Positions 36,089 to 59,745 of a stretch of 64,000 nucleotides of DNA are shown piece by piece (position 1 is the first letter of the stretch; each line of letters begins with the position of its first letter). The notes beneath the pieces were generated by a model that worked only from the letters and a program-made list of their open reading frames with translations, was not told the origin of the DNA and ran no database searches. The translations under genes and the position numbers were made by a program. Source of the DNA: the human T2T-CHM13v2.0 reference genome, Homo sapiens; NCBI RefSeq assembly GCF_009914755.1, contig NC_060925.1; one strand, written 5' to 3'.

Positions 36089-39000
36089 CTGCGTGGGAAG
36101 AGACAGCAGGTGTTACAGAATGTCTGAATTTCCCACATATGCCCTCAGCTTCAATGGCACATACCCTAACCTTGTGGGGCAGGGAGGGCAGCTCCACAGT
36201 GCGAGAGAAGCTTCTTTGAACTGGTGGGAGAAGAGACCACCAGCTCCAGGAAGCAGAATTTCTTTCCACAGGAGGAGCCTGCATTTGCCATTGATAATCT
36301 CCCCTTCAGATAACCTAGGCCTTAGTTGGGACGAGACATGTGTAAGTCAGGGATTGTGTACTCTCATCTCTAGCAGCCCCATTGAAGCTGGCAAGTGCTT
36401 TATCAGCAGGGGTTCAATAAATGTTGAATGTAAAACATGGCTGATTACTTTTTATTTTCAATCCAACAAATCTCCATTTCTGGTGAGAAAATCTTGCCAA
36501 AACCAACCAAACAAATGCATAAAAGTATATGAAAAAGAAAATGAAAGCTTCCCTGCCTCCCAATCCCACTTGCTTGGTGTCAGCTATTATTTATTACATG
36601 GAGGAAGGGGGCGAGGCACCCAGGAAGTCCCAAGTCCTGTTCTGACAATCATCTGGCCTCCCTGGGCAAAGGGAAAAGAGGGAAGGCAAAAAGAGTATAA
36701 CATTACTGTTTGCAGAAATTTCCCCTTGGTACAGGAAACTCTGGTAAACTGAGAGAGTATGTTTTCCATGAGGGAGGCCTCAAGGGCTCTTCTCTGGCCC
36801 TAAGCCCAAACTGGATTTTGCCTCATTTTCTAAGATGCAAAGGAAATGGTAAAAGTTGATCAAAGGAGAGGGCAGAGAAAGAAAGAGGACGACTCCTCCC
36901 TCTCAGGTCCACCTTCCCTGGTGTTGCTTGAGGGATCAGAGGAAATGCATGAACATAGGTGCGTGGGAGCTACGGCTGCTCTATGAACTCAGTGCCCTCC
37001 AGTTATGAGCTATTGTGAGGTTCCATGATGTAATGGTGAGAGCTTTGGACTCTGAGTAACGTGATCAGCATTCAAGTCTCAGTGGGACCTTTCTGTATAA
37101 TGCCAGTGATGTTCCTATTGCTCCCTAAGCGGAATGGGGGAAATTGCCCCAGTCATGGTCACCCACCCTCCAGGCCACTGGCTGTGTGCAATTGGAGTCC
37201 TGGACCCAGTGACCCAGCAAGACCCCTCCCCTCTCAGGGCGACCCTGGGCCTCCAGGTGACAGGTCTCCTCCACTGAAAAGGCTGCCTCCCCTCAATCCT
37301 AGACCCCGAGTTTTCTTTTATTCCCATCATTGGGCCGTTGCCCTGTATCTCTGTGGAAGAAATGACCTATATGAAAAACTTCACTTCCGGGATTCCCTAA
37401 TTCCTTCATCCCTTAGGACGGCGCAGTTTTTCAGCTCCTGGTCTTGGCTCCAGTTCTAATGCACACGTTTCATTTTCTTTTCATGGGATCCCCTCCAACT
37501 GGCTACCAGTGGATTCCTGTCCTTGGGATCTCTGTGGACGGCAACTAGATGCTGCTCTTGTCCCAAATCCTGACACCTCTCTCCAGGAAATTGCCTCCCT
37601 CAGCCTCCTAAATCAGCCAATATTTAGATTTGGGCCTGGGATCGCAGCAACTGTGGAGAACAGAGGTTCCCGATCCCTGGCCAGCTCTCCCGCAGTGAAG
37701 GGGAGAGGAGCACAGCAGCTGGGAGGGGCAAGTCTGGGGCCCTGGGCAACCCCCTTCTTCCTGCCCAGACTCTGCTCCAAGGAGCAGTTGCCTTAGGACC
37801 AGATCAGATGGAAACTCTTTTGTTCTCTTCTCATCAGCAGAAAAATTTAGGCAAGAGCTCTGGAGGAACTTCCTAGCTCATAAAAATGGTGTGGCCAAAT
37901 CTCTCCAGTTTTGGAAATGCCCAAGGTTACCAAGTATTTTGAGGGCTCACTTTGGAGCCTCTGAAAAGGAGGGGTGAGGGCCCATGGAAGGTACCTGAGG
38001 GATGCAGGGGAGAGAGGGGAAAGAGCAGACAGGAGGGAGGAGAGAAGGAGGGAGGGGGAGAAAGGGCGCATGAGGGCCAGGAGCCAGGATTCACCCTGAC
38101 AGTTCAGTGACTGCTCCCTGCCCCCAAGGTTCCCACTGTGACACCTTGCAGCAGGTGGTTTTCATCTCTTATTGATATCCTATGAACTTGGCTCTATGGA
38201 ACGGCCCCATCCTATTTGTCTGGCGTGAGTCCTGACAAAGTTTCTTTGCATCGTTTGGGGGATGAGATGGGGGTATATAGGTTTGCAAGTGACTAGGAGC
38301 TAAGTCAGGACCTTGTGGAGCCACTCAGAGTCAACTGTCAAGTAGCCTCCTTCCCCCATTCCCTTGCAGGACGATTGCCTGCAAGACAGGGCCTGGAGAA
38401 GTCCAGGGCACCCAAGGCCACAGAAATGTCTGGGGATGAGTCCCGGCTGCAGATGCCTTGGCTGAACTCACTGTGTACTTCCAGGGTGCACAGGGCAGGG
38501 ACTCTGGGGGTCTGGCCGGGAGACTGAGCAAGGGGACCAGGGAGGCTATGCAGAAGGCTTCTGCACAGCAGGACAGACATTCTTCTTGGAGCCCCCAACC
38601 TGAATCAGGTCTTCCACGTCCTCTTCGTGAAGACCCTTTACTGCAGTCATTCTTTTACTAGAACTGCAAGTTTATAGAACATAGATTTCAGTGCACTCAT
38701 CTGGCCAACCATCTTCAGTGGCCAATGCCCAAGGTAATCCCTCCCTACCAAGACCTGAACTCAGGACCTTACCTTAAGGAGAAGATGTCCTGTTCTTTCT
38801 TTCCCACCAGAACTGCCCTGGCCCAGACCCCATTTCTGTCTGGTGACCAGGACAGTCCCCTCACCAGTCTCCCAGGTTGGGGAGGGCAGATTCTCCTCAA
38901 CTCCCTGCCCCTGAGAGATCCCAACAGTCTTGTGTGTCTCCAGCCCACAGAGGACTATCCATGGCCCATATCTCTCAAAACTCTCCCCTCCCACTCTGAA

Positions 39001-41299
39001 TCCACCCTCCACTGCATGCTCCCCTCACAGAACAGACGTGGTTTTTTTTCGTGTCCTCGTTTTGCCTACCCATACCCCATATTGACTTTTCTGTCTTAGA
39101 ACTACCTGTCCCTCTTTGGACAGTGTCTTCTTGGTACTACACATGAAGATGTCCTGCTCTCCCCTGCTCAAGGATAGAGTGCCTGACCTGAGCTGGGCCC
39201 ATCAGATCTAGTACTTACCCGGAATAGGAAAAAGATGGAGAGGGTGACCAAAGATTACAAAAATCTCCGAAGCTTATCCACTTGAGAGAGAGTCCCTGAA
39301 GATACTGGCCTTTCATTCCCGCTATGTATATCCAATGTGACTGAACTCTGAATAACATATACAGGTTATAATAATGTAGTAGTTGGCCCTCAAACTAGGA
39401 CACAAACATGTTAGAGGGTAAGGTAGTGAGAGGCATGTTTGGGGGTGGTGGTGATGAGCAAGTATGTGAAGGAGAGATAGTGCCTACACTTGAAAATCAA
39501 AAAGTGATAATATCTATTTAGACATAAGGAGATAAATAACTAAATACTTGCTTCTATGTGATGAAACTCTGGGAGTACACAAGGGGACTGCTGTTTTACT
39601 AAACAAATTTTCAAGTCTATGTAACTTTGATAAAGTATCCAAATAAAAAAATTCCTTTCCCATATATGTATGTGTGTATATATGTATTTGTATACACATA
39701 TATATTTGCATTTTTGTATTTTGAATGTAAATTTTTATACAGCCCTGTGAACCCCTCTTTTCATTTAAGGATTTGAGTTTGATGTCATGCATGCAATGTG
39801 ATCCCACTGTGTGACTACAGAAATGTTGGCAAAAGTAAGTTCAGAGGAAATGGTAGGCAAGTACTTCCCAGTTTTGGCCAGAAGATGGAGAAAAAAAGAA
39901 TTCTCATAGAATATTAAAAGTGTGACTTGTTACAGCTTCTTTTCATAGTAATTTGGATAGAAATTAGCAAATTCAGAAATGTATAAATACTTTGGTCTGA
40001 CAATTCCATCTCCAGTTATCTACGGAGAAATAGACAAGTGATGCACGACAGATACATGTGTCAGTCTGGTCCCTGCAGTTGTATTTGTAATAATACACAT
40101 TGGAGCAATTTCATGGCCATCGGTTAGAGAATGTTTGAAGAATGACCCATTAATATCAGGAAGGACGTTTCAAAGATCAAAGCCTGATGGAAATGCTGGA
40201 GGCCGTGACGCTGATAGGAGCTCATGCGTGTTGACCAACTGCTATGTGACAGGCATTGGCTCCACGCTTTTCCTGCGCTGCTCATTTAAACGTTGGACAA
40301 ATTAAGTGTTCTGATTTAGCCCATTAGACAGATAGAAATGGAAGAACAGAAAATTAATGTGTTTAACTTTAAACGCTAGCAGATTAGGTTTTTCACCCAG
40401 AGCCTGTGGTTTCACCATAGGCGTGATTCAGGTTCTGTTGTTCTCCACTTTAGGAATTCCCTGTATTCCAAATATGAGAAGCTGAGAAAACAAACAAACA
40501 AACAAACTCAAAACCCTAAAAACCGGGATAAGTAAGGGTAGATGTTTGCTGGGTGTGGATTAATAATGAACTTTTTTTGCCCTAAGCAACAAAGAGGCAC
40601 CTTGGAAAATAGACAAGGGACAAGAAGAGGAGAAGCTTTAAGATATATTTGGTCCAAGGAAGAGACTCTTCAGAGGGAAGGTCACATCAGCTAGAAACAC
40701 TAATGCGACTGGATGGGCTCAAACCACCGACTTTTCAGTCAACTTCCAACAGCACTAACCTAGTGTTCCAGAGACACTGCTTGTTAAACAGTGAAAGCTG
40801 TTGCTCAATTGTGTCATCCATAATTGTCAAATATTGTCATTTAGTAGCACAAGGAAGTATTCTCTGTTGCCAAGCTAGAGTACCCATAACTCTTCTGTTT
40901 TGTTGAACATTCTTCCCCACCACAAACCCTCTTTAGAAGACTGGGGGCTCCTAAAACATTGAGGCCAAGCGTCCTGTCCTTGTGCACGTTTGGGCATTGG
41001 CCCAGGGCCAAATCAGTGGGAGACTCCTCCACGCACATGCCAGGTCCCCAGGTGACAACTGCAGTCCCTGGATCTGAGGTCATCTACTTTCCCATTCCTA
41101 GCTCACCTCACCCATCGTGAAGCCTGGTCAGGATTGCCAGAGACCCGAGTGGGCAGGTGCCTGCACTAAAGACAGAACCTGCTGTGTGCCCACCTTGCTG
41201 ATCCCTCCATCCTTCTAGACAAGGCTTTGTGAGCCAAGGACCTTGGGTTTGCTCACAAGGCAGCCCCTCACCTAGTAGGCATTAGTTCATTATGTATAG

Positions 41300-41370
41300 T
41301 ATATGTATATGTATATGTATATGTATAATGTGTATGTGTATGTGCATATGTATATGTATATGTATATGTA
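41300..41370. repeat. (TATATG)n simple repeat
   Basis: Seen directly in the sequence. Confidence 0.9.
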
Positions 41371-41419
41371 GTCCTCAGGTTGTATTCCTTAAATATATAT
41401 AATATATGTAATTCCTTAA

Positions 41420-44450
<3,031 letters not shown>

Positions 44451-45799
44451 ACACATATACATTTCATAGGTATGTGGCTAAGAGTGTATTTTTAAAAGTT
44501 CAGCCATGAGATGATTGGTGAAGCCAGCCAATGAATAAGGGTGTGTTCTGTTATATGACTCGGTCTTCTTTTGTATACGATTGAAGTTCTGCATTTGAAG
44601 TAGGAGGATAGGAGAGAGCAAGTCCACCTAGGACGATAACAGCTGAATTTCTCAACAGACACTTCAAAGCCCTAGGGGTTAACTTAGAGAGTCAAAAATC
44701 CCACCTATAACCCTGTCCCTTAACACCAGGGCTAGGGAACACTGTGGTCCTCAGGTGATTTTCTTTCACTTGGTCTGGGAGCCACACAAGGGCAGAGGGA
44801 GCAGGAAACACTAAGCAAATCGAGGCCAGGACAGCAGGGAGGGCCTGTTCATGACAGAACACAGGTAAAACTATCCTCAGAGAGAGCATGTGGAAAAACA
44901 CAGATCATGCCTGAGACCTGGTGGATTAGAGCACTGGCTACTGGGGAATTGAAAGGAAGGGGCTTCACCATGCAGAGGACCAGAGGTGCCAGTCCTGGAA
45001 ACGCAGAATTGCTGGGAGATGGGGAGGCATGGACAAAGGAAGCATCCTCAGGAGACTCATGGTGAAGAGAACAAATGAAGTAACTGGCAGAAATTATAGG
45101 TCCTGGTAGAACAAAATAGAATCCCACAACGAGAACATACACCATGTATATCCCGCAAGGAAGACAATAGCTCCTAAAAACACAAGAAAAATCATTTTGG
45201 GCAAACACCTTATATCCAGTAATGCGATCCATGTATCAAGACCGTGAGGAAGATTATTAAACATGCTAAACTCAGCGAGACCTGATTCCCTCATGAGGAC
45301 TCTGTTAGGATGAGTACCACTCAGCAAGTGATGACTGTGACATTCACTTTTGAACAGCTCATGAGCATTAATATATTTAATTGTGGATCTAAACCAAAAA
45401 CCAAGGTGTGGGCAAGATGACAACCACAGAATGTCACTGGTGTATGTTTAGGTTCAAATACGATTATGAGAAGTGGCAGGTAAAGGAGGTAGGAAAAAGA
45501 AAACACATCATGTAATTGACTGTCATATGGAAATATTTGACGTTGAAAGTCATAATTTAAAACGTATAAACCAAATATTAGAAGTGTGTCTAGTTCAAAG
45601 GGGGGAAAACTATGAAACATTTTTAGTCAATATCAAACATGAGCTACACAACCCTTCCTAAATGCCAGAGGCACACGCAGACACACACACACACACTCTC
45701 ACAAAGAATATAAATATCTAGAACCAAGAAATGGAGTACATGCATTCTGCTACATATGGTAAACATAGCCTACAAGGTGGAAGAGATTAGAAAATAAAC

Positions 45800-51115
<5,316 letters not shown>

Positions 51116-53920
51116 GGACGTTCTCGGCGCGGAGTGGAGTGGAGCGGAGCGGGCTGGTGCTGGGGGCGCGGAGAGCGCAGTGCTGGCCGGGGCCGGGAGC
51201 GGGGCCGAGCGGGAGCGGAGTCGGGCGTCGGGCCCGGGGAGCCGGGGCCGGGCGGGGAGCAGCCATGGCACCGCGGAGGGTCGGGGCCCGCGCCGCTGCG
51301 GGCGGCCTGGGCGCCGAGTAGCCGGGCCGGGCCGGAGCGCGGGCGGCGGCGGAGGCAGCTGCGCCCGCGCCTCCTGCCCTCCCAGGCCCCGCGCCCCGCG
51401 CCCGGGCCCCGGCGATGGTGACACATGCGGCGGCGGCGCGCCAGCGGCAGGACCATGGTTGAGCGCGCCAGCAAGTTCGTGCTGGTGGTGGCGGGCCCGG
51501 TGTGCTTCATGCTCATCTTGTACCAGTACGCGGGCCCAGGACTGAGCCTGGGCGCGCCCGGCGGCGGCGCGCCGCCCGACGACCTGGACCTGTTCCCCAC
51601 GCCCGACCCCCACTACGAGAAGAAGTACTACTTCCCGGTCCGCGAGCTGGAGCGCTCGCTGCGCTTCGACATGAAGGGCGACGACGTGATCGTCTTCCTG
51701 CACATCCAGAAGACGGGCGGCACCACCTTCGGCCGCCACCTCGTGCAGAACGTACGCCTCGAGGTGCCGTGTGACTGCCGGCCCGGCCAGAAGAAGTGCA
51801 CCTGCTACCGGCCCAACCGCCGCGAGACTTGGCTCTTCTCCCGCTTCTCCACCGGCTGGAGCTGCGGGCTGCACGCCGACTGGACCGAGCTCACCAACTG
51901 CGTGCCCGGCGTGCTGGACCGCCGCGACTCCGCCGCGCTGCGCACGCCCAGGAAGTTCTACTACATCACCCTGCTACGAGACCCCGTGTCCCGCTACCTG
52001 AGCGAGTGGCGGCATGTGCAGAGGGGTGCCACGTGGAAGACGTCGTTGCACATGTGTGATGGGCGCACGCCCACGCCTGAGGGGCTGCCGCCCTGCTACG
52101 AGGGCACGGACTGGTCGGGCTGCACGCTACAGGAGTTCATGGACTGCCCGTACAACCTGGCCAACAACCGCCAGGTGCGCATGCTGGCCGACCTGAGCCT
52201 GGTGGGCTGCTACAACCTGTCCTTCATCCCCGAGGGCAAGCGGGCCCAGCTGCTGCTCGAGAGCGCCAAGAAGAACCTGCGGGGCATGGCCTTCTTCGGC
52301 CTGACCGAGTTCCAGCGCAAGACGCAGTACCTGTTCGAGCGGACGTTCAACCTCAAGTTCATCCGGCCCTTCATGCAGTACAACAGCACGCGGGCGGGCG
52401 GCGTGGAGGTGGATGAGGACACCATCCGGCGCATCGAGGAGCTCAACGACCTGGACATGCAGCTGTATGACTACGCCAAGGACCTCTTCCAGCAGCACTA
52501 CCAGTACAAGCGGCAGCTGGAGCGCAGGGAGCAGCGCCTGAGGAGCCGCGAGGAGCGTCTGCTGCACCGGGCCAAGGAGGCGCTGCCGCGGGAGGACGCC
52601 GACGAGCCGGGCCGCGTGCCCACCGAGGACTACATGAGCCACATCATTGAGAAGTGGTAGTGGCGGTGGTGGCCACGGGGAGGCCTCTTGGGGTGTGTGG
52701 GGGATAAAACAGGACAGACGACAGGTCCACCCAAGACTGTCAAGGGATGAGCATCCCAAACCTGCTCCACAGAGGTAGCTGCGTCCTGAAAAAAAACACA
52801 GCAGGGACATAGTGGGGCTGGGCAGGGATGGGGCTTGAGAAATCAACAGGTGCAGCCCAGTGGGTCAGAGGAAAGCGTGCTCGAAGGATGCCATGGTCAG
52901 GGCAGAGCCTCCAGAGCAGGTGTTGTGCCTGGAGCTGCTCTCCTGGCCTCCTTGGATTTATCGCAAAAACTGAAGGTTTGCGTGAGAGACGAGGACAGCG
53001 GAAAGTGGACCTGCCAGGCCGGGAGTGTGTCCCTCACCAACTATGCACACAGCACTCGCTCTTAGCTCCTCTGTCCGGGCTACTAGGAGTGAGACCAGCT
53101 TCTGGCAACTGCCCCAGCTCCAGGCCATCCCATAGCTCCTCCTCTTCTGGCTGCCCCCAATGCCCCGAGGCCTGGGGAGCCCCCAGCTCACCCATCTGTA
53201 GCTCCCTCAAAGTCAGGGCCCACCCCATCTGAGGCAGAGAAGACTCGAGTCCAGCCCCCAGGAAGCCTGCTCCCCTCTCTGGCCCATGGTCCTGCTTCAT
53301 GCTTTGGGTCAGGAGGCCAAAGCTGATGTTCAGGCCCCACCCACTCCCTACAGTCCTCAGACCAAGGAGGGGTTTGGGTAGTAGGCCCGAGCTGCATTTC
53401 CGGCCTTCCGTGGGCCAACTGGCAGCCCAGGAGTGGGGAGGCTTTGGCCAGGCATGCTGCCACTTGTGCGTGAGTCCGCGGCTGGCCCTTGGAGGTGACC
53501 ATCCAGGCAGGCCTGGCTCAGACTGGAAGGGCTGGGGACCGAGGGCTCCCCTGCCTCTGTTCTCCTTTCTGACCCACTGGGATTTGCTAGCAGGCTGCCC
53601 CAGCCCCATCACCGAAACACATACTCAAGAGCTCAAATACCACTGCTCCCACCAGCGTACGGATTAAGTTCATCAGGCTTCCATCGGCTGGAGCATGGGA
53701 CCATAGCCCCTGCCCAGGAGCCATACCCTCGGACCACAGTGGCTCTGTATGGCCAGGAACTGGGACTCGAGCTTTCAGATTCTCAACTAGCCTTGGCAAA
53801 ACAGCTGTAGGCGGCCTCCCTGACAACAGACACTCAGCCCTCCCCACCCTGGCTCTCCTTGCATTTCCCCATGCTCCCCACCCCCTGGCAAAAGGCTGGC
53901 CATGCTCTGTTCCCACCAGC
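51116..53920 (+). pseudogene. HS6ST1P1: Processed copy of heparan-sulfate 6-O-sulfotransferase 1 (5' UTR, CDS, partial 3' UTR)
   Basis: Intronless HS6ST1 sequence begins abruptly inside an NBPF intron; the right end is approximate because no poly(A) or TSD is present. Confidence 0.93.
51425..52660 (+). CDS. HS6ST1P1: Intact 411-aa HS6ST1-like ORF of the retrocopy (expression unknown)
   Basis: ATG to TAG without disruption; N-terminal signal anchor; PAPS-binding motifs HIQKTGGT and RDPVSRYLS. Confidence refers to its being translated. Confidence 0.5.
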   Translation: MRRRRASGRTMVERASKFVLVVAGPVCFMLILYQYAGPGLSLGAPGGGAPPDDLDLFPTPDPHYEKKYYFPVRELERSLRFDMKGDDVIVFLHIQKTGGTTFGRHLVQNVRLEVPCDCRPGQKKCTCYRPNRRETWLFSRFSTGWSCGLHADWTELTNCVPGVLDRRDSAALRTPRKFYYITLLRDPVSRYLSEWRHVQRGATWKTSLHMCDGRTPTPEGLPPCYEGTDWSGCTLQEFMDCPYNLANNRQVRMLADLSLVGCYNLSFIPEGKRAQLLLESAKKNLRGMAFFGLTEFQRKTQYLFERTFNLKFIRPFMQYNSTRAGGVEVDEDTIRRIEELNDLDMQLYDYAKDLFQQHYQYKRQLERREQRLRSREERLLHRAKEALPREDADEPGRVPTEDYMSHIIEKW

Positions 53921-54027
53921 TGTGTAGGGGAGGGCCTGTTGCCCCAGAGCCCCTCCTTGTGTATTATGTGTCCCTTTTTTTTTTTACCCCAATGTGATAG
54001 TGGACAAACGACATCCCAGTGTAGGGT

Positions 54028-55270
54028 TTTTTTTTCTTTCTTTCTTCCTCTTTAGTTTTTGAGATGGAGTCTCACTATGTTTCCCATTCTGGCCTCAAAT
54101 TCCTGGGCTCAAGCAATCCTGCCTCAGCTTCCTGCATAGCTGGGACTGCAGGTGCATGCCACTGCACCCAGCCCAGTGTAGTTTTATTTTTATTTATTTA
54201 TTTTTTTGAGACGCAGTCTGGCTGTGTGGCCCAGACTGGAGTGCAGTGGCATGATCTCAGCTTACTGCAACCTCCTCCTCCTAGGTTCAAGCAATTCTGC
54301 CTCAGCCTCCCAAGTAGCTGAGACTACAGGAGTGCATCACCACGCCTGGCTAATTTTTTGTATTTTTAGTAGAGATGGGGTTTCACCATGTTGGCCAGGC
54401 TAGCCTCGAACTCCTGACCCCAGGTGATCTGCCTGCCTCGGCCTCCCAAAGTGCTGGGATTATAGGTGTGAGCCGCCACACCTGGCCCCAGCGTAGTTTT
54501 AATTTGTAGTTGGGAGTGAGCCCCATCCCATCCCCATCCTGTGCTCTCTCCCCCAGGGACCTGCTGCAGCTGGGAGGGGAGCTGTCCAGAAGGTCGGCCT
54601 GGGACTGAGCATGGGCCTGCAGCTGGCAGAGAGAAGGGTCGAGGCAGCCCTGAAGAAGCAGGCCCTGCTGCAGACCCAGCTGGAGGAGCAGCTGCAGGAC
54701 AAGGTGCTTCACGAGAAGGGACCTGGCCCAGCAGCAGATGCAAAGCGACCTGGACAAGGCTCACCTCAGTGCCAGGTGGGTACCTGGTGGGTGCCACACG
54801 AGGCAGGTGTCCCTGCAGAAGGTAAAACTGGAGAGTTGGGGAGAAGGGAGCATCTGTTCACTAGGGTCAGGCCTTCCTCTGTGACCTCAGCCAGTTTTCC
54901 CAGGCACCCCACTGAGGTTCCGAAGGCGCTTGCCCAGTGTATATCATAAACAGCTTAGCCTCCAATGACAGAACTTGTGGCCGGGTGCGGTGGCTCACAC
55001 CTGTAATCCCAGCACTTTGTCAGGTGGGGGGATCACCTGAGGTCAGGAGCTCAAGACCAGCCTGCCTGACAGGTGAAACCCCGTCTCTACTAAAAATACA
55101 AAAATTAGCCGGGCGTGGTGGCAGGTGCCTGTAATCCCAGCTACCAGGGAGGCTGAGTCAGGAGAATCGCTTGAACCCAGAATGCAGAGGTTGCAGTGAG
55201 CCAGGATCACATCGCTGTACTCCGGCCTGAATGACAGAGCGAGATTCTGTCTCAAAAAAAAAACAAAAAC
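54028..55270. mobile_element. Alus at ~54028-54172 (-), ~54183-54487 (-) and ~54979-55270 (+)
   Basis: Alu consensus and tails. Confidence 0.88.
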
Positions 55271-57766
55271 TTTTGCCCCTTATTCCTGCCACCTGGACAA
55301 GTCCTCAAGTGCTTTCCCATGAGATAAAGCTGGTGGCAACCTCATTCCCACTTCACAGATGAGAGGTGTGAGGTCTGGAGAGGAGCTGGGACTTGCCTAA
55401 GGTCACACAGCCAGGGAGGTGGATGTTAGGGTCCCTGCCTCGGGTTTGGAGAAGCATGGTGGACACAGAACTAGTGGATTTGAGAGGCAGGGGTGGTCCC
55501 CCACTCACCTCTGCTGTTCCCCCAACTCCAGAGTGACAGAGCTGGGCCTGGCAGTGGAGCGTCTTCAGAAGCAGAATCTGGAGAAGGATCAGGTCAACAA
55601 GGACCTCACCAAGAAGCTTGAGGCCCTGGTGAGCTGCAGCTGCCCCTGAGATGTGGCAGTGTGGGATGGGGTACCGGACAGATCCATGGACACAGGCTTA
55701 GGGCTGGGCTGCCTGGGCCACCCCCAGCGTCCCACTCACACGCAGGTTCAGCCCTCACAGGTGTGCAGGCTTTGTGGTAAGCACACTCACCTCCTCCATC
55801 CCATTTCTTCCTCACAGCAGCCCTGTAGCGCAATCCTCATGACACAGATGGGGAAACTGAGGCCCAAGAGGGGAAATGCTTGTCCAGTCTCAGAGCCAGT
55901 AAGCGGGAGAGTCGGGACTTGAACTCCCATCCACTGTCTCCAGGTCCAGATGCTGCCTCTGGCAACCCAGCTTCCCCTCACCCCCTCCCCCGACCAGTGG
56001 GACACTCACTCTTCGGGGGTACAGCCTGGTTTGGTCACCCCCCTGTCTGGGGCCTGACCTGGGTTCTAGGTCCGGGTCTCCTCCCATCAACTGTGTGACC
56101 TGGGGCAGAACACAGCTCTTCTCTGGGCCTAGTCTGTTCAGTGAGGGTCTCGGGCCTGCTGTGGGGTCTACCAGGTGGCTGGCCTATGGACATGGCTTCA
56201 GAGGCCACCTGGTCAGTGGTGGGCCAGGGAGGGAGGGGAAGGGGAGGTTTCAGATAAGACAGAACCCCGACTACCCTTTGTCTCCCTCACCGCACTCCAG
56301 GAATCCCTGTGGCTACAGGAGCAGGCGGCCCTGGAGACAGAGGACGGAGAGGAGCTACAGCAGAGCCTAAGGGACCTGGCACAGGTGTGAGCCCAGAGAG
56401 GTGGGAAGACAGGGCCCTGCCAGGAAACCCCGGGCTCCCTCGCCACGCCTTTCGGTGGCCTGGGACTGAACTGCAAATGGGTGGGGGCCTGGGACCCAGG
56501 CTGTAGCTGCTCAGCACCCCTGCTAACTCACCTGGCCCCTGCCCTGGGGAGCCCCCAGTCTCAGAGGGGAGGCACGGCCCTTTCGGAGCCCACCTGTGAG
56601 CAATGCCAAATGATGTCTTTGCAATAAACGGGAGGCCTCAGCGGCGAGCTGAGGGCTGAGTTAGTGGAGGAGGTGAAATCAGGAAGGCTTCTTGTAGGAG
56701 GCAGCATTTGGGATGAGGCGGCCCCCAGCCTCGCCTAGGCGTCTTTGCCCAGCCAACCCCACGGTTCCTAGCTCTGCGGCCTCCTTCTGCCTCCCTCCTC
56801 TACCCTCAGGCCGTCCTGTCCGAGGCTGAGAGCGGCGTCCAGCTGAGCGGCTCCAAGTGCACCGTGGATGCGTCGGAGCGCAGCCTGCGGGGACTCTGGG
56901 GCCAGCGGACCCCGTCCCCACCGCGGTGCTACTCGCCAGGCAGAGGCCGTTCGCCCCGCCGAGGCCCCTCCCCGGCCTGCTCAGACTCCTCCGCCCTCGC
57001 CCTGATCCACTCCGCCTTGCACAAGCACCAGCTGCAGGTCCAGGTAGGAAGGGGCTTGAGCGTTCTGGGTGCAGCCAGAGGCCCGGGGGGAGGGGCTCGC
57101 GCCCTCCGGGTGGGGGCGGGGACGGGTCCGGGGAGGTCCGGCGGAGGAGTCTGAGCGCCCTGGGGTGCAGCCAGAGCCCTGAGAAATAGTGTCTGAGAGT
57201 GTCAGGATCCCCAAGGAGGTGGCCGAGAGCTCTGTGGTGAAGCCGAGCCCAGAAGTGGGGGTGCTTGGGCAGCTGGGGGTGGGTGCTTGGGCAGCTGGTG
57301 GAAGGAGGAGGCTGCGGCAGTGTTAGGGTCCTGGTAGAGAGGGAGACAGGTCCCTGGTCATGCAGAGCCAGGACCCTGGGAAAAGGTCTAGCAAGGGAAA
57401 TCAGAGCTTGGGAACTAGGGGCAGAGCCAGGGTAGGGAGGAGTCTGAGAGTGGAACCAGGATGCAAGGGGGAGGAGCCTGGGAGCCCTCGGGGTGGTGTC
57501 AGAACCCAGGAGAGGAGTGTGCCTGGGGGTTTGTCTGGCATCGGTGGGTGGGTGGGGGCTTTGATTGGAGTTGTCCGGGACCCCAGGGAGGTGAGGGCTC
57601 AGAGGGTGGTGAGAGCACATTGGGGAGTGGAATCCTGGCTCTCAAACGTAGGCCTAGAGGAACAGATGTAGCGCCTGCGGGACAAGACCGAGGGCACCAT
57701 GCAGGTCCACGAGGACGCCCAGCGCGAGGTGCAGCGGCTGCGGAGAGCCAAGAAGCTCCTGAGCAG
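54557..57766 (+). pseudogene. CROCCP5: Unprocessed CROCC (rootletin) fragment with exons 54557-54775, 55532-55628, 56301-56384, 56810-57043 and partial ~57651-57766
   Basis: DLLQLGGEL...EAALKKQALLQTQLEEQLQDK, VTELGLAVERLQKQNLEKDQVNKDL, ESLWLQEQAALETEDGEELQQSLRDLAQ, AVLSEAESGVQLSG...HKHQLQVQ; AG/GT sites; frameshifts in the first exon; stop codon and 5' loss in the last. Paralogue number from recalled gene order. Confidence 0.88.
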
Positions 57767-57848
57767 GTGCTGGGGAGGTCTGAGCTGGGGGCTACTGAAG
57801 AATAAGTCAGCGTTTGGGCATAACACCAGTCGAGCCTTATGCGTGTGA

Positions 57849-59745
<1,897 letters not shown>

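Noticed and set aside
36093-36752. 219-aa ORF next to the PDE4DIP exon
   Set aside because: It has a non-ATG start, is antisense to intron sequence and shows no recognisable homology.
51425-52660. Calling this the HS6ST1 parent gene
   Set aside because: It is intronless, embedded in an NBPF intron, has a truncated 3' UTR and lies among 1p36 duplicon sequences.
52127-52846. 239-aa and 272-aa (51056-51874) antisense ORFs over HS6ST1
   Set aside because: These are shadow frames expected opposite a GC3-rich CDS. Unlike ORF 50758-51600 they do not enter the Olduvai frame.
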